Assembly (NCBI GenBank): GCA_963745035.1
Contig: CAVUVW010000011.1
Span: 160,001 to 224,000 of the forward strand
DNA length: 64,000 nt
Source: an uncultured delta proteobacterium
GTDB taxonomy: Bacteria > Desulfobacterota > Binatia > UBA9968
Direction: 5' to 3'
Under the pieces are notes generated by a model. That model was not told the origin of the DNA and did no database searches. It was given only the letters and a program-made list of their open reading frames with translations. Each line of letters opens with the position of its first letter. Position 1 is the stretch's first letter. Below are positions 10,001 to 21,025 of this stretch, piece after piece. Position numbers and translations under genes: made by a program.

Positions 10001-13000
10001 TTCAACCAGGCTCAAGGTTGGTGGAGTGCAGCAGGGGGGAGAAATCTTCACCAACAGCAGTTCTCTACCCGAGGATGCCGACTCCACATCACGCCTTTCG
10101 GTTCAGTTTGACGCGACGAATTTAGCGACCGGCCGTTATCCCTTCGAGGCGACGGTATTCAGCAACTATCTCAATTCCTCCGTCGGCGGAATTTCCACTG
10201 GAAACGTGATTGTCGTCAATCGAAGCGCCAGCGCCTTGGGCGCGGGTTGGGCGATCACCGATTTACAGCAACTCCACGTTCAGACTGCCGGCGGCGTCCT
10301 GCTTACAAGTGGCGACGGCACCGCGCTCTTTTTCACCGGCGGTCCCACTACATTCACTTCACCCGCTCGGGACTTTTCCACTCTGGTGAAAAATTCCGAC
10401 GATAGCTACACGCGAACGTTTAAAGACGGAAGCAAAATCAATTTTAACGCGCAAGGATTACAGACTTCGGTTATCGATCGGAACGCCAACACGACGACCT
10501 TTGGCTACGATGGCGATGGAAGACTGATCACGGTTACCGACCCGGTTGGTTTGGTGACGACGCTAGCCTACAGCGGAGCACGGCTCCAGCGGATTACCGA
10601 TCCAGCCGGACGACAAACACTTGTTCAGTATGACCCCGCCGGAAATCTGACTCGGATCACTAACCCTGACACGAGCTTCAAGGCTTATGCCTATGACGGC
10701 AAAGGCCGTCTCGTTCAGGCGAACAATGAGCGAGGGCTGAGTACAATTTACGCCTACGACTTCGCGGGTAGATTTTCTCAGTCGACGCGACCAGGCGGAG
10801 AGACTCGCGCGTTAGTTCCCAGCAAGCTTCGCGGTTTAGTCGATACTCCGGGCGGTCAGGGCACACCGACAAACCCCGCGCCGATTACAACCAGCTCGAA
10901 CGCGACTGCTTCGCTTACCGACGGTCGCGGCAATCCGAGCAGGTTTACGGTCGACAACCTGGGTCAAGTAATCTCGCAGACCGACGCTCTCGGACAGACC
11001 ACGACAACGATCCGCGACGCCAACGGCTTGCCGACGCGAATCACCCGGCCCAACGGCGCAGTGGTTACGATGACCTATGACGCCAAAGGCAACCTGCTTA
11101 CATCGACCGATCCCGTAGGCGCGACGACGACGTTTACCTACGAGCCGGCCTTCAATCAGGTCAAGACGATTCGCGACCCGAAGGGGAGCGTCACTACGAT
11201 CAACTACGACGTAAAAGGAAACCCCACTGAGATCATCGACGCGCTCAACAATCGCGCGCAAATGACGTACAACTCTCGCGGCTTGCTACTCTCGGTCATT
11301 GCCGCCGTCGGGACTCCTGTACAAACGACGACCAGCTTTACTTATGACTCGCGCGGGAATCTCCTCACGGCCACCAATCCCAAGGGCGATGTTACGACTC
11401 TTGCCTATGACGGCTCGGGCAACGTCATAACGTCTACCGACGCCGAGAACCGGGTAACGCAGTTTACTTACGATCCGCGCAATCGCCTCGTCACAGTCTT
11501 GGACGCCGACCTGAAAACGACGCAGTACGGCTACGATCCGAAAGGGAATCTGTCTCAGGTCCGAGATGCGAAGAATCAGATCACCACGTTCACCTACGAC
11601 GGCCTGGATCGCCTCATCTCCGCGACGAATCCGCTGGGGTTAACCGAGACGTTCGTCTACGACGGCAACGGGAATTTAACCAGCACCACGAACCGAAACG
11701 GTCAGACGATCGCGTTCAATTACGACGCGTTAAGTCGTCTGACCAACAAGACGCGTCCCCCGACGACGATCGAATCCGGTGATCAAGTGACGACGTATTC
11801 CTATGATTCGGTTGGCAATCTTCTTACCGTCGTGAACCCAACGATCGGCGTTGTCAATCAATACGACGCTGCGAACCGGTTGATTTCGACTACGTCAAGC
11901 ACTGAGTCGGCGCTGACCGGAACGACTGTCCCCATCAATGTTGACACCACGATCAGCGCAACGGATTCGCAATTCGAAGGCAAAACGCTGCAAGTGAATG
12001 GTCGGATATTGACCGTTGACGGTTCTCATACGTTTGCAAATCTGATCCTAGTCAACGGAGCGGTCCTTAGACACAGTCCCACCACAGCGAGCTCAGGCGG
12101 TAAGCTGGATATCACTGTAACTGGTGCTATCCAGGTCGACCTCACCAGCCGAATTGATGTTACAGGGTTGGGCTTCTTGGCGGCGGGACGTCCGGGAAAT
12201 CTGACTTCGCGCGGGATGACGGTCGGCTTTCAACCAGGGAGTTTTGACCTGAGTGGCGGCAGTTATGGCGGGGTAGGCGGCTCGGGAGGAAGCAGTATTG
12301 CGAACCCAGTGTACGGGGATTTTAGAAATCCCAATGAACCGGGCAGCGGCGGTGGAGCGGTTGGTGTGCCCGGTGGCAATGGCGGCGGGCTGATTCGGAT
12401 CGTCGCGCAGACGCTGTCATTGAACGGCGCGATACGAGCGAATGGCGGTTTGGTAGATATAGGTGGTAGCGCTTCTGGCGGCAGCGGCGGTGGAATCAGA
12501 ATCGATGTGGGGACGATTTCTGGCAGCGGCTCGATCAGCGCGAATGGGAGCCCCGGCGGAGGAACGACCGGAGGAGGCGGCAGTGGCGGACGAATAGCAA
12601 TCTACTACCAGAACGCTGCTGGGTTCAATTTTGCGAACGTCGGCACGTTTGGTGTCAGCGGTCCCAATGCGACAAATGGCGGTGCGGGGACAGTCTACTT
12701 GCGGGGGCCATCACGAGAGAACGGTGAGCTCGTCGCCGACAACAACAATACAGCGACGCCCTCGCTTTCGACACCGATTCTCGGCGCGGCTGCGTCGACA
12801 CTGGCTTTGACGAATTTCCGCGTGCGCCGCGGCGCGCGAGCGAAATTGGAGGCAACGCTAAGCCTAGCTGGGGCCCTGGAGATCACGACCGCGGAGTTTG
12901 CAGCGGGCAATCGAATTATATCTGACACTACGACTCTCAGTTCCAACGCTGTTCTCACACATCTCGCGACAACAGCAACATCGACGTTCAAAGTAGACTT

Positions 13001-16000
13001 GAGCTCTCGCGATATTGCTATCGATGCCACGAGCCGAATCGACGCGACAGGTTTGGGCTTCTTGGCGGCGGGTCGGCCTGGAAATCTCACTTCGCGCGGG
13101 ATGACACTCGGATTTCAACCGGGGAGCCTCGACTTGAGCGGTGGCAGCTATGGTGGCTTGAGCGGTTCGGGAGGAAGCAGCATTGCGAATCCGGTGTACG
13201 GGGATTTTAGAAATCCCAATGAACCGGGCAGCGGCGGTGGAGCGGTTGGTGTGCCCGGTGGCAATGGCGGCGGGCTGATTCGGATCGTCGCGCAGACGCT
13301 TTCATTGAATGGCGCGATACGAGCCAATGGCGGTTTGGTGGACGCAGGCGGTAGCGCGTCTGGAGGAAGCGGTGGAGGTATACGGATCGATGCAGGGACG
13401 ATTTCCGGCAGCGGCTCTATCAGCGCGAATGGGACTCCCGGCGGAGGGACGACCGGAGGAGGGGGCAGCGGCGGGCGAGTAGCGGTCTACTACCAGAACG
13501 CTGCGGGCTTTAACCTTGGAAACGTCGCGGTGTTTGGTGCGACAGGACCCAACGCGACGAACGCCGGTGCGGGAACGGTATATCTGCAGGGACCAGCACG
13601 AGAGAGCGGCGAGCTTGTTGTCGACAACAACGGTGTCCCCGCGCCATCGCTTTCCACACCGGTACTCGGCTCGCCTACGTCCACTTTAACCTTGACGAAT
13701 TTTCGTGTGCGCCGCGGCGCGCGGGCGAAGCTCGACAGTACGCTGAATTTAACAGGTGCCCTGGAGATTGCCACGAGTGGAGAGTTTGCCGCGGGTAATC
13801 GGATCATTGCCGAGTCTATCGCGCTGACCGGCAATGCGGCTCTCACGCACCTTGCGACAACGGGAACCGCAACATTCAAGGTGGATCTCCATGCCGATAG
13901 TCTCGTGATCGATTCCACCAGTCGGATCGGCGTATCCGGTCGTGGTTTCTTAGCCGCTGGGCGTTCGGGCAATCCGTTTCCGAATAATGGGATGACTTTC
14001 GGATTTCAGCAGGGGAGCGGCTCGGTCAGCGGTGGAAGTTACGGTGGTTTGGGTGGTGGAAGTAGTCCGAATCCGGTGTACGGAAATCCTCAGAATCCGA
14101 ACGAACCAGGCAGCGGCGGAGGGGCGGTTGGCGTGCCGGGAGGAAATGGCGGCGGACTCATTCGCATTGCGGTAGGAACACTCGTCTTGGACGGCCTCAT
14201 TCTATCTAATGGCGGGCCTACGGATATCGGCGGAAGCGCGTCCGGTGGCAGTGGTGGAGCGATACGGATCGACGCAGGAACGATCTCTGGCATAGGATCC
14301 GTAAGTGCTAACGGCAGCCAAGCGACTCAAGTCGGCGGTGGTGGGGGCGGAGGCCGAATAGCGATCTACTATCAGAATAACGGCGGCTTCAATTTCTCCA
14401 ACGTCAGCGCTCTCGGAGCATCAGGTAGTCCGGCTGGTCAAAATGGCACAGTTCATATCCAGCAACAAATCGCGATGCTGGTGCCGGAAGCCGAACAGAG
14501 TCCGGTCATGCGCGCGGATGCTGCCGGCGATCGCGTGGAGCAAGACCATTCGGTAGTTAAGTCGGATACCTCAACCATTGAGAATTTCAACCACCCGCGC
14601 CAACGGGCTTTTACCGGTTTAATCCGTGATTTCCATTCATCGACCAATGAAACTCCGGCAAACCTATATCTCGCCATGGTCGCGGCGGGAAAAAGCAAGC
14701 CTTTTCCTCAAACCAGCGCGGCTAGCCGCGGAAGCGCGTCAGAAGCGTTTACCTCCGATGGTTTGGTCCACGAAGCCCGAGCTGCGTCGTTAGACGACCT
14801 TGATCCCATCTACGCCTACGACCTCAACGGCAACCGCGTCTCGATGATCGACCCGACCGGCCTGACAACCTACGCATACGACGCGTTGAACCGGTTGACT
14901 TCGATCACCAACAATAAATCTCAGACTACGACGTTTACCTACGACGCGCTCAGCCGGCGAGCTTCGATGACACACGCCAACGGCGTCGTGACAACTTATA
15001 CGTACGATCTGGCTTCTCAACTGACACAATTGAGTCACCAGTTGGGAGCCGTTTCCGTCAATTCGTTTACGTATACGTACGACAAAGTCGGCAATCGAAA
15101 GAGCAAGACCAACCGCGACGGTACACACGACTATACTTACGACACGCTAAACCGCTTGACGCAGTCGCTCAACCCTTTGCCGACAAACCCGCTCGAGACA
15201 TTTAACTATGACGCTGTCGGTAATCGGAACAACTCCAACCAGAACGGCGCGTCGACTTTTAATACGGCGAACCAACTATTGGAAGACGCCAACTTCATCT
15301 ACCAGTACGACAACAACGGCAATATGACGCGCAAGACCGCGAAGTCCGGCGGCGCTGTTACGAGCTACGAGTACGACGCGGAAAACAAACTCGTTCGGGT
15401 CGTGTCGCCCAATAATACGGCCAACTATCGCTATGACGGGGTGGGGAGAAGAGTTGAAAAGGAAGTGATCGCCGGCACAACAGCGGTCACTAAATACGTC
15501 TATGACAACGAAGACATCCTGCTCGAACTCAATGGCTCCAACGCCATTATAGCCCGCTACACCCACGGCGCCGGCATCGACGAACCGCTGATCATGGAGA
15601 AGGGTGGCCAGTCGTTTCACTACCATGCGGACGGATTGGGTTCGATCACGGAGCTGACGAACCAAACTGGAACGGTTGCCCAGCGATATACATACTCGTC
15701 ATTCGGCAAGATCGAGTCGCAATTGGATCGCGAACCTTGTTCAGCCGTACACGTATACGAGCCGGGAGTTTGATGTTGAAACAGGCTTATATTCGTATCG
15801 CGCGAGGATTTATGATTCTCATATTGGAAGATTCCTTCAACCGGATCCGGTAGGTCCTATAGGTGACAGCGTCAACCTATATCCGTATGTACTTAACTCC
15901 CCTCTGAACTTCGTAGATCCATCTGGGAATATAGTCCAAGTAATTTCCCCAGATACCTACATTGACCTGATATTCGTTGGCTATGGTGCATATCGAATCC

Positions 16001-16427
16001 TTGCCGATAATATTCTGAATGACTGTGATAATTTTGGCGACAATCTTGCTTCTTTAGCAGGAGATCTCGTCGGACTTGCCGTCCCGGGCTTAACCGGGAT
16101 AGGAAGTGGTATCAGAGGTGCGAGAAAAGCCAAACTCGTCGTAGGTAAGCTTGACGATCTTGATCCGGCCTCTTTAAAGTCAGGTGAGACTGCGCTTGAT
16201 TGGGCCGATCGAGCAACTCCACAAGCTAATTGGCAGGAGAATTCGAAGCTCTTGCGGGAAGCGATGGCTCAAGGACAGCCAATCCGAGACGCATCGGTCG
16301 ATCCGGATTACAGGATCACTGGAAAACAAACACAGGGTTTCTTCGAGCCGGAGAAATTTATTAGAAAATCGTGGCTGGAGTTACAACCCACAAACTAGGT
16401 ACTGGTAATCCTCCAAGAAGTCGGTAG
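7071..16427 (+). CDS. Giant secreted Rhs/YD-repeat (teneurin-like) polymorphic toxin; frameshift near 15730 and more in the tip
   Basis: Signal peptide MNRLLGLASLTLLL...PLAA; right-handed beta-helix; PKD/Ig repeats (SWNFGDG); carboxypeptidase-regulatory-like domain; YD repeats; core FHYHADGLGS...YSSFG continuing in ORF 15676-16398 as REFDVETGLYSYRARIYD...GRFLQPDPVG...NLYPYVLNSPLNFVDPSG. Confidence 0.9.
12040..14460 (+). repeat. Three tandem ~885-nt Gly-rich coding repeats inside the Rhs gene
   Basis: GFLAAGR motif recurs at 12171, 13056 and 13944 (period 885/888 nt); ~105-nt identical DNA at ~12310 and ~13195. Confidence 0.92.
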
Positions 16428-16438
16428 GAGAACGAACA

Positions 16439-17050
16439 ATGCTGAGATCTGAATCTCCCGTTAAAGAGCCAGCTTAGGTTTTCTTGAAGCGGCAACATCT
16501 GAATTTATGTTTATAGTCGAAGAGTTCGCCTTTTCGTGCGTAAAACGAGACGTGACATTTGTACGGTATGAATCGAAGAATGTATTTGTGAATATTTATC
16601 ACGGTCGCTCATCCTTTGAGCTAACCGTTGAAATTGGTGAACAATCACTCATGTTGAAAGACACTCGTTAGAGAGATCGTTTGCAATAGGCGATATTTTA
16701 TATGTGACAAAGCCTGAAGTGGCCGAGCGCTACTATCCTTATCAAGTAACGACGCCGGAATCAGTAAAAAAGTTTGTAAAAGAACTGGCTAAACTTGTCA
16801 AAGAGTACGCAACGCCTGCATTATCAGGAGACCACGCATGTTTTGAAAAAACAGCCGCGGTGCAATTCGGAGATTTCAAGACTTGTTGCTAGAGTGGGAT
16901 TTGCAGCGCTTGCGTCTGAGAGGTAGATACGGCTTGGCATGAAAAGGACTTTCCACGAGTAGTTGCTATTTACGAACCTGTTAAGGAACACTTAACCCCC
17001 GCCGAAATGAAGAAACTCGAAAATGCGAGGAAGAAAGTGAACTTCTTAAA
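16439..17050 (+). CDS. Putative cognate immunity protein (frameshifted); end approximate
   Basis: RBS aggag + ATG 16439 right after the toxin tip; stitched frames read LGFLEAATSEFMFIVEEFAFSCVKRDVTFVRYESKNVFVNIYHGRSSFELTVEIG...PESVKKFVKELAKLVKEYA...AWHEKDFPRVVAIYE...PAEMKKLENARKK; AT-richer. Confidence 0.65.
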
Positions 17051-17761
17051 GGCGTTGCCTTTTAATCAATTTGCCATACGACTCGGCTCTCGTCATGGAC
17101 CGATAGAGAGCCTATCCGAAATTTTGTGTGTGAAGCAAATTGATTATAGTAACTGCGGCATGAATCGATCAGCGAAGAGAATCGCGAATTGATTCAGGGC
17201 AGCAAACCCTCACTTTTCAGTATCCGATAGCAGCTCGTTCGACCGCTTACGGAACTATCTGGCAAGAGCCCCAGCCATCGCTAGGTTCGCACACGACGGT
17301 GCCCCGCTTCCACTCGTTTGAGCGCAACTCGCGCAAAAATCAAGCGTACTGCATGGATCGAACCTTCGGAGGACCGACCGGTAGTCGGTCATCCGGGGCG
17401 CACCTGGTGGTAATAACTAAGTTATCCATCAGGATCCAGGCTTAGAAGAATTCAAAAAATCTCTTCCCTCCCAGGCAAGGCAGACAACGCCTTGCCTAAA
17501 ACGGCCGCAGATCGAGAAACACTCAAACCGGTGCCGATGGAGATGTGCCGGATCGACGAGAGCCGCCTAATTGGCGCGATCGTCACGTCGGCCCGCTGGG
17601 TTGTCACTGATGACATGGCACTCAGTTAAATGATGCCGGTAATCCGATAGCAAAGTTGAAGATTCGGAACTTCAAGGCACATTCCTTCCCTCGCTGACCC
17701 ATAGATTCATCCCCGACAGGATGGCACCGCATCTGCTTTACGATCCGTCGGGACGGCAGCA

Positions 17762-18262
17762 ATGGATAGCAATTTTACTTCAAAAGCTTTGGGAACGATC
17801 GGTCAGGATCTGGACCTGCGCGGTCTCAAGACGTTTTCAATCAAATGTGAAGACGGCCTCTTTGTGGTCGATGCCGGTTATCAATCGCCTCCGGCTTTAA
17901 CGCCGGTTACGTTGCATTACTGCCGAAAAGACATAGAGCAACTACAACGCGAGGCAGAGGAGAAATGCGATCATCTGTCGGCCACCCGAAAATTTATTTA
18001 CTTATCCGAAATCTTGTCGGTTATAGGAACTTACATTGCCGATAAAACAGGGCACTTATTGATTCTTTCCAATATTGCTTCCACAGAGGCCAGGCCGATC
18101 ATTGATATTGAATATATGACCATTCAGGGCGATCGAATGGTTGAACATCTAACGGCTACTGACGTTTACACGCTCTGTATTCAGAGTTACAAGCGGAGAC
18201 AAAGGCAGGCCATGAACGACATTCGGTTTACCCGCTTCAGCTCGTTGCAGGAAGGGATGTGA
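17762..18262 (+). CDS. Hypothetical protein
   Basis: 166-aa ATG ORF with plausible composition, co-oriented with the next gene. Confidence 0.6.
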   Translation: MDSNFTSKALGTIGQDLDLRGLKTFSIKCEDGLFVVDAGYQSPPALTPVTLHYCRKDIEQLQREAEEKCDHLSATRKFIYLSEILSVIGTYIADKTGHLLILSNIASTEARPIIDIEYMTIQGDRMVEHLTATDVYTLCIQSYKRRQRQAMNDIRFTRFSSLQEGM

Positions 18263-18296
18263 CCGCCAACGGAGGCGGCTAACGGATCGAAGACGT

Positions 18297-18731
18297 ATGC
18301 GCAGTAAAAAGATACTGATCATCGAAGACCATCCGGACTGCCGGGAGCTCCTAAAGATCGTCCTCAGTCGCTCGGGCTACTTGGTCTTTCAAGCCGGGAC
18401 AGGGCTGGAAGCCTTGGAACGGGCGAGCGCGACAAGTCCCGATGTGATCGTCATGGATTTCGGATTACCCGATGTTACCGGTGATAAACTAATACTAAGC
18501 CTTAAAGCCGATCCGCTGACTAAGAGAATTCCTGTGATCGTTACCACCGGTTATATGAGTACAGAGGTCGCAAAGCGCGCAATTCTCGCGGGCGCGGCGA
18601 CGGTATTGCTGAAGCCTTACGACGTCGACGAATTGATCAGCGCGATGGAACAATGCTTCTCATCTGAGTCCGATCGGGAAGCACTGCTAAGCGAAGCGAC
18701 GATCGTCAGGAATCAACTAAACCCAGAATAG
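18297..18731 (+). CDS. Single-domain response regulator (receiver)
   Basis: KILIIEDH, PDVIVMDFGLPD, IPVIVTTG, LLKPY. Confidence 0.92.
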   Translation: MRSKKILIIEDHPDCRELLKIVLSRSGYLVFQAGTGLEALERASATSPDVIVMDFGLPDVTGDKLILSLKADPLTKRIPVIVTTGYMSTEVAKRAILAGAATVLLKPYDVDELISAMEQCFSSESDREALLSEATIVRNQLNPE

Positions 18732-19193
18732 GTACGCCAGCGCTGCCTGTGATTCTTCACTTCGTCGCCAATCAGTGAAGTGGCAACCCTCCTTAGTCCT
18801 AAGCAATTACAGCTCGTCTACAGAAAACAGTTTCCTTGACGCCAGTTCAATAACGGCAATATACAACGGCTGTTCGGAGAGCGGGGCCAGTGATCCGTTC
18901 GTGGCGCGTTCTCTGGCTCACCATCGCGACTTCTCGGGCTGTGCCTGAACTGGGCTCTTGGCTAAACAAGAAGGGTCCGCTACTTCACCAGATCCCGCCT
19001 GGAACGATTCCGGTATGGTCCTGAAACTCGAAGTGCTTACTCCGAAACCCAGCTTGACTCAGTTTCTGTTTCGGGGAATCGACATCCACGATGGAGCCAG
19101 CAATTTAGAATTTTCCAACTTGTAATCCATGAGAGCATGATAGCTTGACGCCGCTATATAGGCCCTGAGCCGACAAAGAGAAAGGAGATGAAC

Positions 19194-19466
19194 TTACGAC
19201 CGATCGTTTGCGGGCAGTTGCCTAATCCGATCCAGAACTTCGGGGCAATGTATAGCAAAAAGTTTGAGTATCGCCTGCGCGCTGCTCTGATCGCACAAGA
19301 TGTGAACCACCTCATCGCCTGTTTCGTTCCGTTCGACGACGCCATTTTGCAATATGTGATATTCGGGTGCGTTAAGAGGCAGCCGGGACAAGCAGAGATG
19401 ATAGTCGCGGATTGGTATCTCCAAAATAACGTTCATAGGTGCCGGATCGTTTATATCTGAAACCAT
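19194..19466 (-). CDS. Small hypothetical protein
   Basis: 80-90 aa ORF (MNVILEIPIRDYHLCLSRLP...); start uncertain. Confidence 0.4.
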   Translation of the reverse strand: MVSDINDPAPMNVILEIPIRDYHLCLSRLPLNAPEYHILQNGVVERNETGDEVVHILCDQSSAQAILKLFAIHCPEVLDRIRQLPANDRS

Positions 19467-19963
19467 GACAATGCAAGTAATCCTTGGTAAGGGGCATGAA
19501 TTGCAAGAAAACGACGACGTCGTCTAGGCGATCCGATAAGCACTCTCGGGGCATCCCACGGCTGCTGAGTGGCGAATACTGATGCGGAAAAGCAATCAGG
19601 CGCGCTGATCGAAGCGTTGGTGGAAAGCATCCGCCGAATCCGATAAAAACCGGCCACCGACGGTAGCCTCAATAATTGGGGACGAGACTTACTACGCCTC
19701 AATGGCGCGAGATTGTGGTGTCCGGCAGATGAGAGATGCTGGCCTTCGGCGGCTTTTGTCTGGCACAATCCGCCGCTTTATTTTTGGCTTACCGCCGCCG
19801 CCAGCGATGCGCTCGGTGAATTTGCCGCGCTTTTGGCGGCCGCTGCTCTTGCTCGAAACTACACTACTCGACGTCATGATTAAAAACGTCAATGAAGAGC
19901 AGAGCTAAGGACTGAGTTCGACCCCAATTCTACGGCAAATAGAAGACCTGTTTTTCTATTTCC

Positions 19964-20662
19964 CTAAAAATCAAAATAGGCGCGAATGTCGGCGGTATCG
20001 GAAACTACGATTTCTTGACTGCGCACGCCTGCGTGTTCATGCCAAGCTTTCAGTGTGTAGTTGCCCGGAGGGACATTGGATATGGTAAATGCGCCTTTGT
20101 CGTCTGTGACCGCAAAAAAAGAGTGATCGAAAACGTGGACAAAGCCTAGCATCCAGGCATGGGTGTCGCAGACGAGTTTGAGAATTCCCGCGTCGCGAAT
20201 CTTTTGAGTCGCATCCAAAATGGTGTTCTTGAACGGCAGGGAAAGCATGAACACGGTCTTTTCATTCAAGTAGGAGTGGGGAATATGGAGCTTGGGATCG
20301 TTGTTTCTGACTCTTAGACGCTCGCCTTTTCTCATGGCGAGGACGCGGGGCACATACTGGCAGCCGGTATTTTCAATGATGTTGTCTCTTTGCGGATCGA
20401 CGGGCGTTGCCGCTTGCAGGACCTCGAGGAAAACGACGACGTTTTTCAATCCGCCGTTTGGATCCACGAGATAGGTTTCATTGGGCAACGTATCGCCGCA
20501 GTAATCCTGGTCCTTGGTGACTTTAACGGAGGGCAGCTTAGGGGCGGTGTCGATAAACTTTACTGCGCCGGTAATCGAACCCGCGTCCGCGGCGTTTACT
20601 GCGAATAACGACGCCGCTATGAATGCGATTTTTACAAGGTGTAGTTTTCCTTGCAGCGTCAT
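19964..20662 (-). CDS. Secreted cupredoxin-like / carboxypeptidase-regulatory-like domain protein
   Basis: Signal peptide, GGLKNVVVFL, GCQYVPRV, CDTHAWM, FTISNVPPGNYTLKAWHE; ATGA-coupled to cytochrome c gene. Confidence 0.8.
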   Translation of the reverse strand: MTLQGKLHLVKIAFIAASLFAVNAADAGSITGAVKFIDTAPKLPSVKVTKDQDYCGDTLPNETYLVDPNGGLKNVVVFLEVLQAATPVDPQRDNIIENTGCQYVPRVLAMRKGERLRVRNNDPKLHIPHSYLNEKTVFMLSLPFKNTILDATQKIRDAGILKLVCDTHAWMLGFVHVFDHSFFAVTDDKGAFTISNVPPGNYTLKAWHEHAGVRSQEIVVSDTADIRAYFDF

Positions 20663-21013
20663 TTTGGCGCGGTCTTGGCCTTGGCCGGCGCGGCTTTCTT
20701 CTGGGCGGCGAAATAGTCGGCGATTTCGTCGACGCCGAACTCTAAGACATACTTCGCGTAGGGTTCCATTTCCGGCGACTGCCGTTTACCTTCGGCATAC
20801 GCGGTGATCGTCTGCTTGAAATACGCCTTGTCCATGCCGGCCAGGGCCGGGACCGTCTTGCTGGGCGGGTTGCCGCCGAAGCCATGGCATGCGCTGCAGA
20901 CCATCGCTTTTTGCGCGCCAGGCGAATCGAGCGGCCCGGCGTCAGCGGCGGATACGCCGATAAAAATTCCCGCCACCAGCGTAGCTAGAGTCGACTTTGA
21001 GTGGGCTTCTCAT
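20659..21013 (-). CDS. Monoheme c-type cytochrome (FCSD cytochrome subunit-like); probable frameshift in signal peptide
   Basis: CSACHG heme motif, VPALAG, distal Met in SPEM; ATG 21013 is out of frame with ORF 20659-20976. Confidence 0.88.
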
Positions 21014-21025
21014 GATTGTCCTCGC

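Noticed and set aside
11900-14805. Intein explaining the Rhs insertion
   Set aside because: No Hint-domain motifs or terminal His-Asn; the insert is Gly-rich repeats.
15700-15780. Programmed frameshift separating Rhs shell from toxin tip
   Set aside because: No slippery sequence; a single extra base in gatcgcgaac explains it, and similar indels are common in this assembly.
17050-17760. Possible ncRNA or riboswitch in the long spacer (hairpin aggcaagg...ccttgcct near 17473)
   Set aside because: No recognisable consensus; cannot be supported without a covariance search.
19451-19908. Small ORFs or riboswitch between the hypothetical gene and the FCSD operon
   Set aside because: Conflicting overlapping short ORFs with no motif support.
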